A DNA stretch of 64,000 nt from Spirochaetia bacterium (GTDB lineage: Bacteria; Spirochaetota; Spirochaetia; UBA9216). The stretch is from positions 384,001 to 448,000 of the forward strand of contig OZ223264.1 of NCBI GenBank assembly GCA_965140585.1, in the 5' to 3' direction. Of this stretch, positions 49,982 to 59,511 are shown in pieces; the first letter of the stretch is position 1, and each line of letters begins with the position of its first letter. The notes beneath the pieces were generated by a model, which worked only from the letters and a program-made list of their open reading frames with translations, was not told the DNA's origin and ran no database searches. Position numbers and translations under genes: made by a program.

Positions 49982-50419
49982 CTATTCAATAATCCCATCA
50001 ACTATCCCTATTGCATCAGCAATATAGCCGTGACATTGTTCGACCATATTCTCAGATTTAAACCGCTGCTGGCCTTCATCGCTTAAGAGGTTGCAGCCGT
50101 CAAGAAGTTTCCTGCAGATTATGGTGTTGTTTTTTTCTTCAAAATTCGAAATCAGTTCTCTTATCTTCAGGTAGTTTACTTCCTGTTGTGGCTTTTCATC
50201 TTCGCAGCCTCTGCCGCAGATCATATTAAGCGCAAGTATCCCTCCGGATACCGCACCGCAGATATTCTGGGTCCTGCCCATACCTGATCCGAATCCGGTC
50301 GCTATTTTCAGGGACTGATCTTCGGTCAAGCCTGTATACTCACGAAGGCTGAACAGTACAGACTGCGCGCAGTTGTAACCTTCTTTAAACTTGTTTATTC
50401 CAATTTCTTTTAGATCCAC
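49982..50419 (-). CDS. C-GCAxxG-C-C family putative redox protein
   Basis: YNCAQSV, GFGSGMG, ICGAVSG, CRKL, C-terminal Cys; GTG 50419 follows GGAG (track start 50473). Confidence 0.9.
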   Translation of the reverse strand: MDLKEIGINKFKEGYNCAQSVLFSLREYTGLTEDQSLKIATGFGSGMGRTQNICGAVSGGILALNMICGRGCEDEKPQQEVNYLKIRELISNFEEKNNTIICRKLLDGCNLLSDEGQQRFKSENMVEQCHGYIADAIGIVDGIIE

Positions 50420-50527
50420 TTCTTCATACTCCGTTTTTATAATATTAAAACCATAATAAGGCATAGTTAACACAAACGTCTACAATATACCTTCAAAGAC
50501 ACTCAGAGCTTGCTACCTCCAATCCCT

Positions 50528-50577
50528 AATCTGTGCAAATCTCTGCCCTGCGCATACCATATACACATCCGTGGCCA
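50528..50577 (-). repeat. Dispersed repeat copy C
   Basis: Minus strand TGGCCACGGATGTGTATATGGTATGCGCAGGGCAGAGATTTGCACAGATT; a further partial head (TTTTGACCACGG) at 50604-50615. Confidence 0.85.
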
Positions 50578-50624
50578 GCCCCTCCCATAGTAACCTTACT
50601 GTCCCGTGGTCAAAATTTTCTCTA

Positions 50625-50652
50625 TTGACTAAACTCCCGCCGCAGATATAAT
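50625..50652 (+). promoter_or_regulatory. sigma70 promoter of the leader-pheST transcript
   Basis: TTGACT-N16-TATAAT. Confidence 0.75.
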
Positions 50653-50662
50653 GGAGATAAAC

Positions 50663-50752
50663 ATGGATAATCGGAAAACCACTTACAGCTTTTTTTACTT
50701 TTTTAGCTTTAGCAACTCAGCCAATGAGGGGCACCGGTTATCTCTGCAATAG
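50663..50752 (+). CDS. Phe-rich leader peptide of pheST (PheM-like; not in ORF track)
   Basis: MDNRKTTYSFFYFFSFSNSANEGHRLSLQ*, five TTT codons within seven codons, between the promoter and a terminator before pheS. Confidence 0.85.
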   Translation: MDNRKTTYSFFYFFSFSNSANEGHRLSLQ

Positions 50753-50769
50753 AAACAACAGGGTATGAC

Positions 50770-50806
50770 AGCGGGTTCCTCGAACAGGGGAATCCGCTTT
50801 TTTTTT
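50770..50806 (+). terminator. Attenuator terminator upstream of pheS
   Basis: GCGGGTTCCTC / GGGGAATCCGC stem with G-U pairs, followed by T9. Confidence 0.88.
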
Positions 50807-50880
50807 ATTGATGCTGATGTTATTTCATGCACCGGTAAATGTTTAATGTCGATCATGCCCATAAAATAAGGAGACATGAA

Positions 50881-51924
50881 ATGCTTCAGAAACTGGAAGA
50901 AGTCAAGAAAGAGTTCGACTCACTGATAAATTCCGTTGCCACACTGCCCGATATCGCCCAGTTCAAGGCTGATTATCTGGGAAAGAAGGGGAAACTGAAT
51001 GGTCTGATGAGCGGAATGCGCGATCTTTCTGTTGAAGATAAGAAAACCTTCGGAGCAAAAGCCAACGAGGTAAAGCAGGAAATGCTTGATGCAATCGACA
51101 GGCGGACCCAGGCAGTTGAAATCGAAGAAATTAACCAGAAACTCGCAAAGCAGCGTCAGGATATCAGCTGGACAAACCGTATTAAAGACCTGGGCCAGCA
51201 GGCTGCGGGACTCCACCCGCTTACTCAGGTAACAAGGGAACTTGAAGATATCTTCCTTTCCATGGGCTTTGATATCCTCGACGGCCCGCATATAGAGAAC
51301 GAATACTACAACTTTGAGGCTCTGAATATTCCGGAATCACACCCTGCACGGGATATGCAGGACACTTTCTGGTTCAAGGATATGAAGCATCTTCTTAGAA
51401 CTCATACTTCCAATATCCAGATTCGCGGAATGGAACTGAAGGATCCTCCTTTCAAGTTTGTAGGTCCAGGAAAGGTTTTCCGCTGCGAAACCCTGGATGC
51501 AAGTCATGAGGCTGCATTTCATCAGCTTGAAGGTATGATGGTCGGAAAGGATATTTCGGTCCCTCACATGATTCACTTTCTTAGAACCCTTCTTTCCGAG
51601 ATTTTCAAGAAAGAAATCAAGGTAAGATTAAGGCCGGGTTTTTTCCCCTTCGTTGAGCCCGGGTTCGAGCTGGATTATGAGTGTCTTCTCTGCGGAGGCA
51701 AGGGCTGTTCCGTCTGCAAGCAGGTCGGCTGGGTTGAGGCTCTGGGCTGCGGAATGGTTCATCCGAACGTTCTTCGCACCGGCGGAATTGAGCCTGACAA
51801 GTGGAACGGTTTTGCCTTTGGTCTCGGAATAGATCGACTCACTATGATGCGCTATCACATCGATGATGTAAGGCATCTTCATTCCGGAAATCTGAAATTC
51901 TCAGAGCAGTTCAAGGCGTACTAG
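50881..51924 (+). CDS. pheS: Phenylalanyl-tRNA synthetase alpha subunit
   Basis: HPARDMQDTF, LLRTHTS, FHQLEG, FFPFVEP, GFAFGLGIDRL; ATG 50881 follows AGGAG. Confidence 0.98.
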   Translation: MLQKLEEVKKEFDSLINSVATLPDIAQFKADYLGKKGKLNGLMSGMRDLSVEDKKTFGAKANEVKQEMLDAIDRRTQAVEIEEINQKLAKQRQDISWTNRIKDLGQQAAGLHPLTQVTRELEDIFLSMGFDILDGPHIENEYYNFEALNIPESHPARDMQDTFWFKDMKHLLRTHTSNIQIRGMELKDPPFKFVGPGKVFRCETLDASHEAAFHQLEGMMVGKDISVPHMIHFLRTLLSEIFKKEIKVRLRPGFFPFVEPGFELDYECLLCGGKGCSVCKQVGWVEALGCGMVHPNVLRTGGIEPDKWNGFAFGLGIDRLTMMRYHIDDVRHLHSGNLKFSEQFKAY

Positions 51925-51934
51925 GGGTAAGACT

Positions 51935-54358
51935 ATGAAGATAAGTTTAGACTGGATAAAAGATTTTGTTGAAATTCCATCCGACCTCACAGCACAGGAG
52001 CTGGGTATAAAGTTCACCCTGTCCACCTGCGAAGTTGAGGGCGTTGAAGAAACCAATTCACATATGAAGGATGTGAAGGTTGTAGAGATAACTGCAATCG
52101 AGGCTCATCCCGAGGCTGACAAGCTTAACCTTGTAACTTTCAACACCGGAAACGGAACCCACAAGGTTGTCTGCGGCGCTCCAAATGTAGCGGTAGGCCT
52201 GAAGGTGCCCTTTGCTCCTGTAGGCACAACCCTGCCCGGCGACTTTACTCTTGAACCCAAGAAAATCCGCGGTATTTTAAGCGAAGGAATGCTCTGTGCC
52301 GAGGATGAGCTGGGTCTGGGTGACGGACACGAGGGGCTGTTGGAGCTTCCCGCTGATGCGCCAGTAGGAAAAAGTCTTGAAGAGTATATGGATCTCAAGC
52401 GCGACGTCCTTCTTGATATAGACAATAAATCAATTACTCACCGGCCTGATCTATGGGGCCACTACGGCATGGCCAGAGAATTCTCTGCAGCATTCGGCAA
52501 GCCTTTTGCCAAACCCTTCTCTGACGAATGGATTGAGAAGATGCGCGGCTTTTACAATGACCAAAAGTCACCGGTAAGCATTACAGTTAAAAAGGATACT
52601 GCATGCCTCGGTTTCAGCGGCCTTAGCGTGGATAATGTAACTGTTAAATCAAGTCCGTCCTGGATGCAGCGCAGACTGCTTGCATGCGGGATGCGGCCAA
52701 TCAATAATATAGTTGATATCTCAAACTATGTAATGCTTGAGCTTGGTATGCCCAACCATATGTTTGATCGCGATACCATTAACGGCGGAAAGATTATCGT
52801 ACGCGAGAACGGTGAAGAATCAGTCTTCATCACCCTTGATGAGATGGAAAGAAAGATGATTCCTTCAGATACCATGGTATGTGATGAGGCTGGTCCCTCA
52901 TCAATCGGCGGTATCATGGGAGGGCTCACCAGCAGTGTTAAGCCGGAGACATCAAGGATTTTCATCGAGGTAGCCAACTGGAAACCTGAAAGAATCAGAC
53001 ATACATCCACAAGACTCGGACTTAGAACCGATGCCTCACAGCGCTATGAAAAGTCACTGGACAGTCATCAGATTGAAAAGACTGTTCTTCGTCTGCTTGA
53101 GCTGGTTCAGGAAAGCTGTCCTGAAGCAAAGGTTGTCGGCTCACTTGTAACCGACGGTCTTACTCTTGCTCCACCGCTTGTAATTGATCTTAGAATCGAG
53201 CGTGTTAACTCAATTCTCGGAACATCGCTTGGTAAAAAGGAAGTTACCGAAATTCTCACTTCACTTGAATATGTGGTTGAGGATTCCGGAGACTCACTGA
53301 AGGTCACTGTTCCTTCATTCCGGGCAACCAAGGATGTAGAGGTTGATGCCGACCTTATTGAAGATATCGGCCGAATTTACGGATACGACAGACTTGTACC
53401 GCTTGCCCCGCATAATGAGATTACAGCAGTAAGGCTCAGTAATGCCAAGACTCTTGAACGAAAAATTCAGGATTTCATGGTTTACCGCGGAAGGGCACTT
53501 GAGATTTTCACATATCCGCTTATCGGAGAAAAACTTCTTGAGCAGGCGGAATGGCACAATAAGAATGATAACCTTGTGCTCGCCAATGCCATCAGTCCCG
53601 AAACTGACCGTATGCGTCCTTCCATTATTCCTTCCTTTCTTGAGAAGGCAGCTCTTAACCAGAAAAACTACCCTGTTTTCAGGCTTTTTGAACTGGGCCG
53701 CAGCTACCTTGAAAATGAGAAGGATTTCAGCGAAGACCGGCATCAGTTCGGCGTTATGTTTTTCGACAAACAGGGCTCCCCTTTCATGGATGTCCTGAAT
53801 CTGATGGAGGATCTTCTTGAAAACCTCAGCCTGAATGCCCAGATTCAGCAGCCTAATCCCAAGTTCCGGAATCCTCTTCTTCCCGAAAACTGGACAGGTA
53901 TCCATCCCTATGAGCATCTTGATATCAGGGTTATGGGTAAGACCTGCGGATTTATCGGAACAGTTCATCCGCTGATGTGCCGGAAGTTTAAGATCAAGGG
54001 CAATCTGGTAATTGCACTTCTTGATATAACAGATTTTATGGGTGTTGAAGTAAAGGATAAGACAAAGTATAAGCCTTTACCGAAGTTCCCAGGCGCAACT
54101 TTTGACTGTACGGTTGTTACCGGTTATGAAACACCGGTTTCCGATATTCTCTCAGTCGTTAAAAAGATAAAGATTAAGGAGCTGGAAGATGCCAGAATCG
54201 CCGATGTTTATCAGCTCTCTGAAACAGAGAAAACTGTAACGCTTCGGACCTGGCTTATTGACCGTGAAAAAACCCTTACCCCGGAATTCCTGCGGGAGGC
54301 TGAAGATAAAATTGTTTCAGCACTGGAAAAGGGCGGTTATCCGCTGAAACAGGGTTAA
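51935..54358 (+). CDS. pheT: Phenylalanyl-tRNA synthetase beta subunit
   Basis: HPEADKL, VVCGAPNV, SEGMLC, THRPDLWGH, DLIEDIGRIYGYD. Confidence 0.98.
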   Translation: MKISLDWIKDFVEIPSDLTAQELGIKFTLSTCEVEGVEETNSHMKDVKVVEITAIEAHPEADKLNLVTFNTGNGTHKVVCGAPNVAVGLKVPFAPVGTTLPGDFTLEPKKIRGILSEGMLCAEDELGLGDGHEGLLELPADAPVGKSLEEYMDLKRDVLLDIDNKSITHRPDLWGHYGMAREFSAAFGKPFAKPFSDEWIEKMRGFYNDQKSPVSITVKKDTACLGFSGLSVDNVTVKSSPSWMQRRLLACGMRPINNIVDISNYVMLELGMPNHMFDRDTINGGKIIVRENGEESVFITLDEMERKMIPSDTMVCDEAGPSSIGGIMGGLTSSVKPETSRIFIEVANWKPERIRHTSTRLGLRTDASQRYEKSLDSHQIEKTVLRLLELVQESCPEAKVVGSLVTDGLTLAPPLVIDLRIERVNSILGTSLGKKEVTEILTSLEYVVEDSGDSLKVTVPSFRATKDVEVDADLIEDIGRIYGYDRLVPLAPHNEITAVRLSNAKTLERKIQDFMVYRGRALEIFTYPLIGEKLLEQAEWHNKNDNLVLANAISPETDRMRPSIIPSFLEKAALNQKNYPVFRLFELGRSYLENEKDFSEDRHQFGVMFFDKQGSPFMDVLNLMEDLLENLSLNAQIQQPNPKFRNPLLPENWTGIHPYEHLDIRVMGKTCGFIGTVHPLMCRKFKIKGNLVIALLDITDFMGVEVKDKTKYKPLPKFPGATFDCTVVTGYETPVSDILSVVKKIKIKELEDARIADVYQLSETEKTVTLRTWLIDREKTLTPEFLREAEDKIVSALEKGGYPLKQG

Positions 54359-54486
54359 ACGGCTTAATATAAAATTATGAGAAAATGACCCCTTAAATTG
54401 AATTATTAAAATTTTTTGTCGATAATAAAGTAAACCGGGAATAGAGAAAAAATAACTGTTCCCGGTTCTTTTCGATAGGGGTTAAT

Positions 54487-55743
54487 ATGAAAAAAATCCT
54501 GATAATTGATGAATCAAATCTATTCAGGGAATATCTTGCAAACAAACTTAGAGAAAACGGGTTTGATATAGTTGAAGCGAAAAACGGATTCGAAGGTAAT
54601 TTGAAACTTCGCAGTGAACTTCCGGACCTTGTTATCATGGAATACTACCTTTCCAGAAGATCCAGCCTCGAATTTCTCATGGACAAATCAAAAGACCCGA
54701 ATGTTAACGATGTTCCGGTTATTATGGTTTCTTCGAAAATTGATAGGCAGAAAATACTTACTGTAGCAAAATATAACGTAAAAAAATTCTTTTCAAAGCC
54801 GCTTAAACTTGATGCTCTGCTTCAGACTATTTCGGGGTTTTTGCAGGTGAAACTGGAAATAGACCGTACACCTTGTATCATAGAAGCTCATTTCAATGAT
54901 GATATTCTTTTTATTGAAATAGCGATGGGGCTTAATGCCGAAAAAATCGAGCTTTTGAAGTTCAAAATTACCGAACTGATGCAGTTATATGCCGTCAACA
55001 CTCCGAAAGTTCTTATGATGATGTCCAATATAGAACTTGGCGAAGGCGACAGCGACAAGCTTAAGCTTCTCATGGATACAATAATTCTTCAGACCGAAAG
55101 CCGTCCTAAATTTATTAAAATACTGGCAGGAAATGAATTCGTTAAGAATTTCATTAAAAAGAATGCCGATTACCGCGGAATTGAAGTGACTGACAGCCTT
55201 GAAAAAGCCATGGATGATCTACTCGGCCTTAAACCCGATCAGATAGCACATGATGAAGTAGCCCAGGACAGAATCCTGACCAGAACAGCCCCTGTGAAAG
55301 ATACCGAAGAGTCTATTGAGATGCGGTTCGAAGGCGAGCAGATGCAGCCTGAGGACGAAGATGAGCGGGTTGTCCCTGAAGCGAATATTGCTATTGTCGA
55401 CGATGATATAGTCATTCAGGAACTGGTTAAGACCGTGCTTTCGGGGACAGGCTGGAACATGGTCACCTTCAATAACGGTAAAGAGTTTGTTGATGGATTA
55501 AAGGATGCAAAGTTCGATCTTATCTTCCTGGATTTGATGATGCCTGAAATGAACGGGTTTCAGGTCCTTCAGTATCTTAAGCAGCTTGGAGTTAACATTC
55601 CGATAATTGTATTCTCTGCTCTTACAAGAAAAGAGACAGTAAGCAAGGCAATGAGTTTCGGCGTTAAGAGCTACATGATAAAACCTTTGAAACCCGAAAA
55701 TTTACAGAAGAAGGCCTTCGAAGTTCTTGTTTCAGATTTCTAA
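54487..55743 (+). CDS. Response regulator with two receiver domains (first atypical) around a central domain
   Basis: IIDES...DLVIME...KPL; IVDDD...FLDLMMP...KPL. Confidence 0.88.
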   Translation: MKKILIIDESNLFREYLANKLRENGFDIVEAKNGFEGNLKLRSELPDLVIMEYYLSRRSSLEFLMDKSKDPNVNDVPVIMVSSKIDRQKILTVAKYNVKKFFSKPLKLDALLQTISGFLQVKLEIDRTPCIIEAHFNDDILFIEIAMGLNAEKIELLKFKITELMQLYAVNTPKVLMMMSNIELGEGDSDKLKLLMDTIILQTESRPKFIKILAGNEFVKNFIKKNADYRGIEVTDSLEKAMDDLLGLKPDQIAHDEVAQDRILTRTAPVKDTEESIEMRFEGEQMQPEDEDERVVPEANIAIVDDDIVIQELVKTVLSGTGWNMVTFNNGKEFVDGLKDAKFDLIFLDLMMPEMNGFQVLQYLKQLGVNIPIIVFSALTRKETVSKAMSFGVKSYMIKPLKPENLQKKAFEVLVSDF

Positions 55744-55752
55744 TCAGCAGCA

Positions 55753-58182
55753 GTGGCTATGGAAAAACTAGGACAGTTTACCAACGAAGTTTTTAAAGTC
55801 TCTCCGCTAGGAATGACTGTTACCGATTATGATGGAATAATCATGAGGATAAATCCCTCATCGGAAAGACTGTTTTTCAGGGCGGCCGAAGGTAAAAGTT
55901 TTTATACCAATATATTCAAAGAAGACGCGCAGACCCTTAGAAACAATATAATAAACCTCATTGAAGGAAATAAAGAAAGCATCAGATTTGATGCAAGGTT
56001 CTATAAAGACGGAAATAAATACGGCTGGTGCCGGCTTTTTGTTTCAGCAGTTTTTTCGGCGTATCTTAACTCAAATGTACTTCTTTTTATTTCCGAGGAT
56101 ATTACCGGTCAGATAGTCCTTGAAAAGCAGCTCAAAAAGGCAAAGTCGCTTGCCGAGCAGCAGAAAACCACAGCTCTTTCAGCCCAGCTGGAAGCTGAAA
56201 AAGCTACAAAAACAAAATCAGAATTCCTGGCGAATATGAGTCACGAAATCCGAACTCCAATTCATACTATCATCGGTATGTCCGAACTTCTTAATGAAAC
56301 AGCACTCGATGCCGAGCAGAAAGAATATACCGGCCAGATAATGTTTTCTGCTGAAGTTCTACTGAGTCTGATTAACGATATTCTGGATGTTGAAAAGATT
56401 GAATCAGGAAAATTGAAACTTGAAAATATTGAGATGGATCTGCTGGAGGTTGCCCACAGTGCGGTTGATCTGATTGCACTTGAAGCTCATAAAAAACACC
56501 TTGAAGCATCTTTGTATATTGAGCCAGATGTTCCCCATCTGGTGTTCGGAGATCCGACAAGGCTCAGGCAGATTGTTGTAAACCTTTTTAACAACGCCAT
56601 GAAGTTCACTGAATCAGGAGAGATCGAACTGAGAATCAGCCTGGCCGAAGATAGTGAGGATGATGCACTTATCCTTTTCAGGGTAAGAGACACCGGAATA
56701 GGAATCCCGGCTGATAAAATGAATGTTCTGTTCCGGGAGTTTTCACAGGTTGATTCTTCCACTACCAGAAAATACGGCGGAACCGGTCTGGGGCTTACAA
56801 TATCAAAAAACCTATCACGGATAATGGGAGGAGAGATAGGTGTCGAGTCGGAATCGGGACAGGGATCTGTTTTCTGGTTTACCGCAAGGTTTAAAAAACA
56901 GAAGGAAGAAAGTCTCTTTATTTCCTACAGGGATTCGCATTCCGGCGAGCTTGTTCTTGTTGTTGATGACAATGATACGGCCCGCCTGAATCTTTCAGCC
57001 TATCTCTCAGAACTCGGCTGTTCGGTCGAGCAGGCATCATCAGGTGCAAAGGCTCTTGAGATGCTTAAAGGTGCGGCAGCCTCGGAACATCCGTATTCAG
57101 CATGTTTTATCGATCAGATAATGCCGGGAATGGACGGCTGGTATATGGCCAGTGAGATAAATTCGCTGCGGAGCGATCCGGCTTTTTCCTCTCTGAATCA
57201 GCTGAAAATGTATCTTGTAAGTCCGTCCGGAAGAGGCGCTGAAGAGGCAAAAATGAAGCTGCTGCAGTGGTTCAGCGGATATTTGAATAAACCGGTCAAA
57301 AAAGAACAGCTGTTTTCAGTTTTCGCCGGAATGCAGACAGCAGCGGAAGAGGACGAAGCATGCGAACTTCTTCCTTTGGATGATGACATTGATACCGGCC
57401 GGCCTCTCGCAATTGTTGCCGAGGACCATGAAGTTAATCAGCAGCTTTTCAAGGCTATACTTGTGAATCTGGGCTGTGATGTAGTTGTTGCCTCGAACGG
57501 TCTTGAAGCTGTAGAGAGTGTAAAAGAAGCAGCGCCGGATATAATCTTTATGGACTGTCAGATGCCTGAAATGAACGGATATGAAGCTTCAACGGAAATT
57601 CGCCGGCTGGGATTTGATGCGCCCATAGTTGCTGTAACCGCAAGTGCCATCAAGGGAGAGCGTGAAAAATGTTTTGCATCCGGCATGTCGGATTTTCTGA
57701 CAAAACCGTTCAAGAAAAAGGATATAGATATTGTACTTTCAAAGTGGCGCGGGAAAAGACATGAAGCAGCGGTTGAAGAAGCCTCTGTCGAACCTGCACC
57801 GAATATTCAAAAGGAGCCGGAACCGGATATGAGTGATATTTTTGACTTCAAAGAAGCAGTAGATACATTTCTTGGCAATGAACAAACAGTAAGAAAGCTG
57901 ATCAACGATTATGTGAAAAAAGTAGATGGACAGATACCGGATCTTTCTTCCGCTCTTGCAGCTGATAAGCTTGAGACGGGGCGCGAGATTGCACATTCAA
58001 TCAAGGGCAGTGCTTTGAACCTTGAGATGAAGCAGCTCGGCGAAGCGGCAAAAGAGCTGGAATACTCGTGCCGTGACGGTCAGAGTGAACTTTCAGAAAG
58101 CAATTATAAAAGCCTGCTGGAAGCCTTTACAAATCTAAAAGATTATCTTTCTGAAAACGGATTTATTGGATCTGATCAGTAA
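55753..58182 (+). CDS. Cytoplasmic hybrid kinase PAS-HisKA-HATPase-REC-REC-Hpt
   Basis: FLANMSHEIRTP, GDPTRLRQ, YGGTGLGL, DQIMP, MDCQMP, AHSIKGSA. Confidence 0.96.
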   Translation: MAMEKLGQFTNEVFKVSPLGMTVTDYDGIIMRINPSSERLFFRAAEGKSFYTNIFKEDAQTLRNNIINLIEGNKESIRFDARFYKDGNKYGWCRLFVSAVFSAYLNSNVLLFISEDITGQIVLEKQLKKAKSLAEQQKTTALSAQLEAEKATKTKSEFLANMSHEIRTPIHTIIGMSELLNETALDAEQKEYTGQIMFSAEVLLSLINDILDVEKIESGKLKLENIEMDLLEVAHSAVDLIALEAHKKHLEASLYIEPDVPHLVFGDPTRLRQIVVNLFNNAMKFTESGEIELRISLAEDSEDDALILFRVRDTGIGIPADKMNVLFREFSQVDSSTTRKYGGTGLGLTISKNLSRIMGGEIGVESESGQGSVFWFTARFKKQKEESLFISYRDSHSGELVLVVDDNDTARLNLSAYLSELGCSVEQASSGAKALEMLKGAAASEHPYSACFIDQIMPGMDGWYMASEINSLRSDPAFSSLNQLKMYLVSPSGRGAEEAKMKLLQWFSGYLNKPVKKEQLFSVFAGMQTAAEEDEACELLPLDDDIDTGRPLAIVAEDHEVNQQLFKAILVNLGCDVVVASNGLEAVESVKEAAPDIIFMDCQMPEMNGYEASTEIRRLGFDAPIVAVTASAIKGEREKCFASGMSDFLTKPFKKKDIDIVLSKWRGKRHEAAVEEASVEPAPNIQKEPEPDMSDIFDFKEAVDTFLGNEQTVRKLINDYVKKVDGQIPDLSSALAADKLETGREIAHSIKGSALNLEMKQLGEAAKELEYSCRDGQSELSESNYKSLLEAFTNLKDYLSENGFIGSDQ

Positions 58183-58927
58183 AAATAATATTCTGGTAAC
58201 CTGAAGCACTGAACATTTTCTTTATCACAGATCTTCCTCTTTCTTCCGCCAGCTCTGTAAGTTTTCGTTTTCTGGCTTCAGATTTTGTGTGATCTGTAAT
58301 AATCCCGCTTAGGACCCTCCACTGTTCCGGTGAAATCTTCATATCAGGATATCCGTAGCTGTCGCTGTCTTCGTCGTCAACTTTAATTTCAGTAATTTTT
58401 GCCTCTGGAAGCCTTATATACAGACTGTCTGAGTCTTCATCAAAGCGGATGAAATTGGCTGTATTGTTACTGTCTTTTTCCGGATTCTCGAACGGCGTTC
58501 CCGAAAAATCAAAACCTGCTGAAAGTCTTGCAGTAATAACAGCGAACTGATGATCCGAATCGTTTAAATCGATCCCTGCATCTGCAGCTATTCCGAACAC
58601 TGCAAGCAGTTCCAGCTCTTCAGCGCTCAAACTGCCGTCGTTGCGGAATCGTTTAAATAGATCGGGCCAGTCTGTACCCTCCGGAACAAGGTCATATGGG
58701 AAAACTGTTTTATATACAAATTCAATAGTATTCAGCCTGGCCGTATCTCTTATGTCTTCAAGGATTGCCGTACTGCTCTGAACTCTGCTCACCCTGTAGA
58801 AGGGATTTGGAATTTCAAAATCAAATATCTTCCCAGCTGCAAAAAGAAGTACAACAAGGCCTATGATAATGAGCAGGACAAGAATCAGACGAAACGGGAT
58901 GTTGTTTGAGGAAGTCTTTCTGCTCAT
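58163..58927 (-). CDS. DUF4230-like protein with N-terminal TM helix
   Basis: LNTIEF, ITARLSAGFDF, IRLPEAKIT, AEERGRSVI pattern. Confidence 0.7.
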   Translation of the reverse strand: MSRKTSSNNIPFRLILVLLIIIGLVVLLFAAGKIFDFEIPNPFYRVSRVQSSTAILEDIRDTARLNTIEFVYKTVFPYDLVPEGTDWPDLFKRFRNDGSLSAEELELLAVFGIAADAGIDLNDSDHQFAVITARLSAGFDFSGTPFENPEKDSNNTANFIRFDEDSDSLYIRLPEAKITEIKVDDEDSDSYGYPDMKISPEQWRVLSGIITDHTKSEARKRKLTELAEERGRSVIKKMFSASGYQNIIFTDQIQ

Positions 58928-59511
58928 TCTTCTATTCTCCTGAAGCTTGCAACTTCAATTCCTGCCAGGCTCATCATATTGCTAATCAGATTTCTGATGT
59001 TTGCATCAGCCCTTTCTATAATTCCGTTTTTTACAGCATCCTCTACTATCTCTTCTTTCTTACGGTTAATCTCATCGTAGTATTCGAGCCTCGTTATATC
59101 CTTTCCGTATTCTTTAATGAAAAATTGTTTAATTGATGATTCATCGGCATCTACATCAAGAATTACCGGGTCCGGCAGGTTGATCACAACTGAAGGCCTG
59201 CCGTTATCGCTGTTTCCGTTGTACTCGATCTCTATCAGATCAGTATTTTCTATTCCCGCCTGTACTATGATATCGATTGAAAAAAGCAACTGCTTGTCGA
59301 CAGTTTTGAAGAACAGTAGGTTCTGTTCCTCCCCGATATAAACGATATCCCGGTAGATCTGCTCGCATGCCGGTACGGAGGAAATGCTTCGGACTGAGGC
59401 TTCAAGTCTTTCGACAGAATGGGGCTGCTCTTCTGAACAAGCGGCAGCCAGCAGTGATATTATTGCTGCAAAAAGCGGAAAAAGAAGTTTTATCCTGATT
59501 TTTTGACCCAT
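58924..59511 (-). CDS. DUF4230-like lipoprotein
   Basis: Lipobox LAAA-C, IVQAGI, INLPDPVIL, GIIERADAN pattern; 4-nt overlap with the next gene. Confidence 0.75.
   Translation of the reverse strand: MGQKIRIKLLFPLFAAIISLLAAACSEEQPHSVERLEASVRSISSVPACEQIYRDIVYIGEEQNLLFFKTVDKQLLFSIDIIVQAGIENTDLIEIEYNGNSDNGRPSVVINLPDPVILDVDADESSIKQFFIKEYGKDITRLEYYDEINRKKEEIVEDAVKNGIIERADANIRNLISNMMSLAGIEVASFRRIEE

Noticed and set aside
50722-50737. AATGAGGGGCACCGG resembles a T-box sequence before pheS
   Set aside because: Lacks the UGGN bulge and there is no room for stem I after the promoter; the Phe leader peptide explains the region better
53315-53968. 217-aa minus-strand ORF and the other short nested ORFs in the track
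   Set aside because: Lie within well-supported genes (here pheT) and show no motifs
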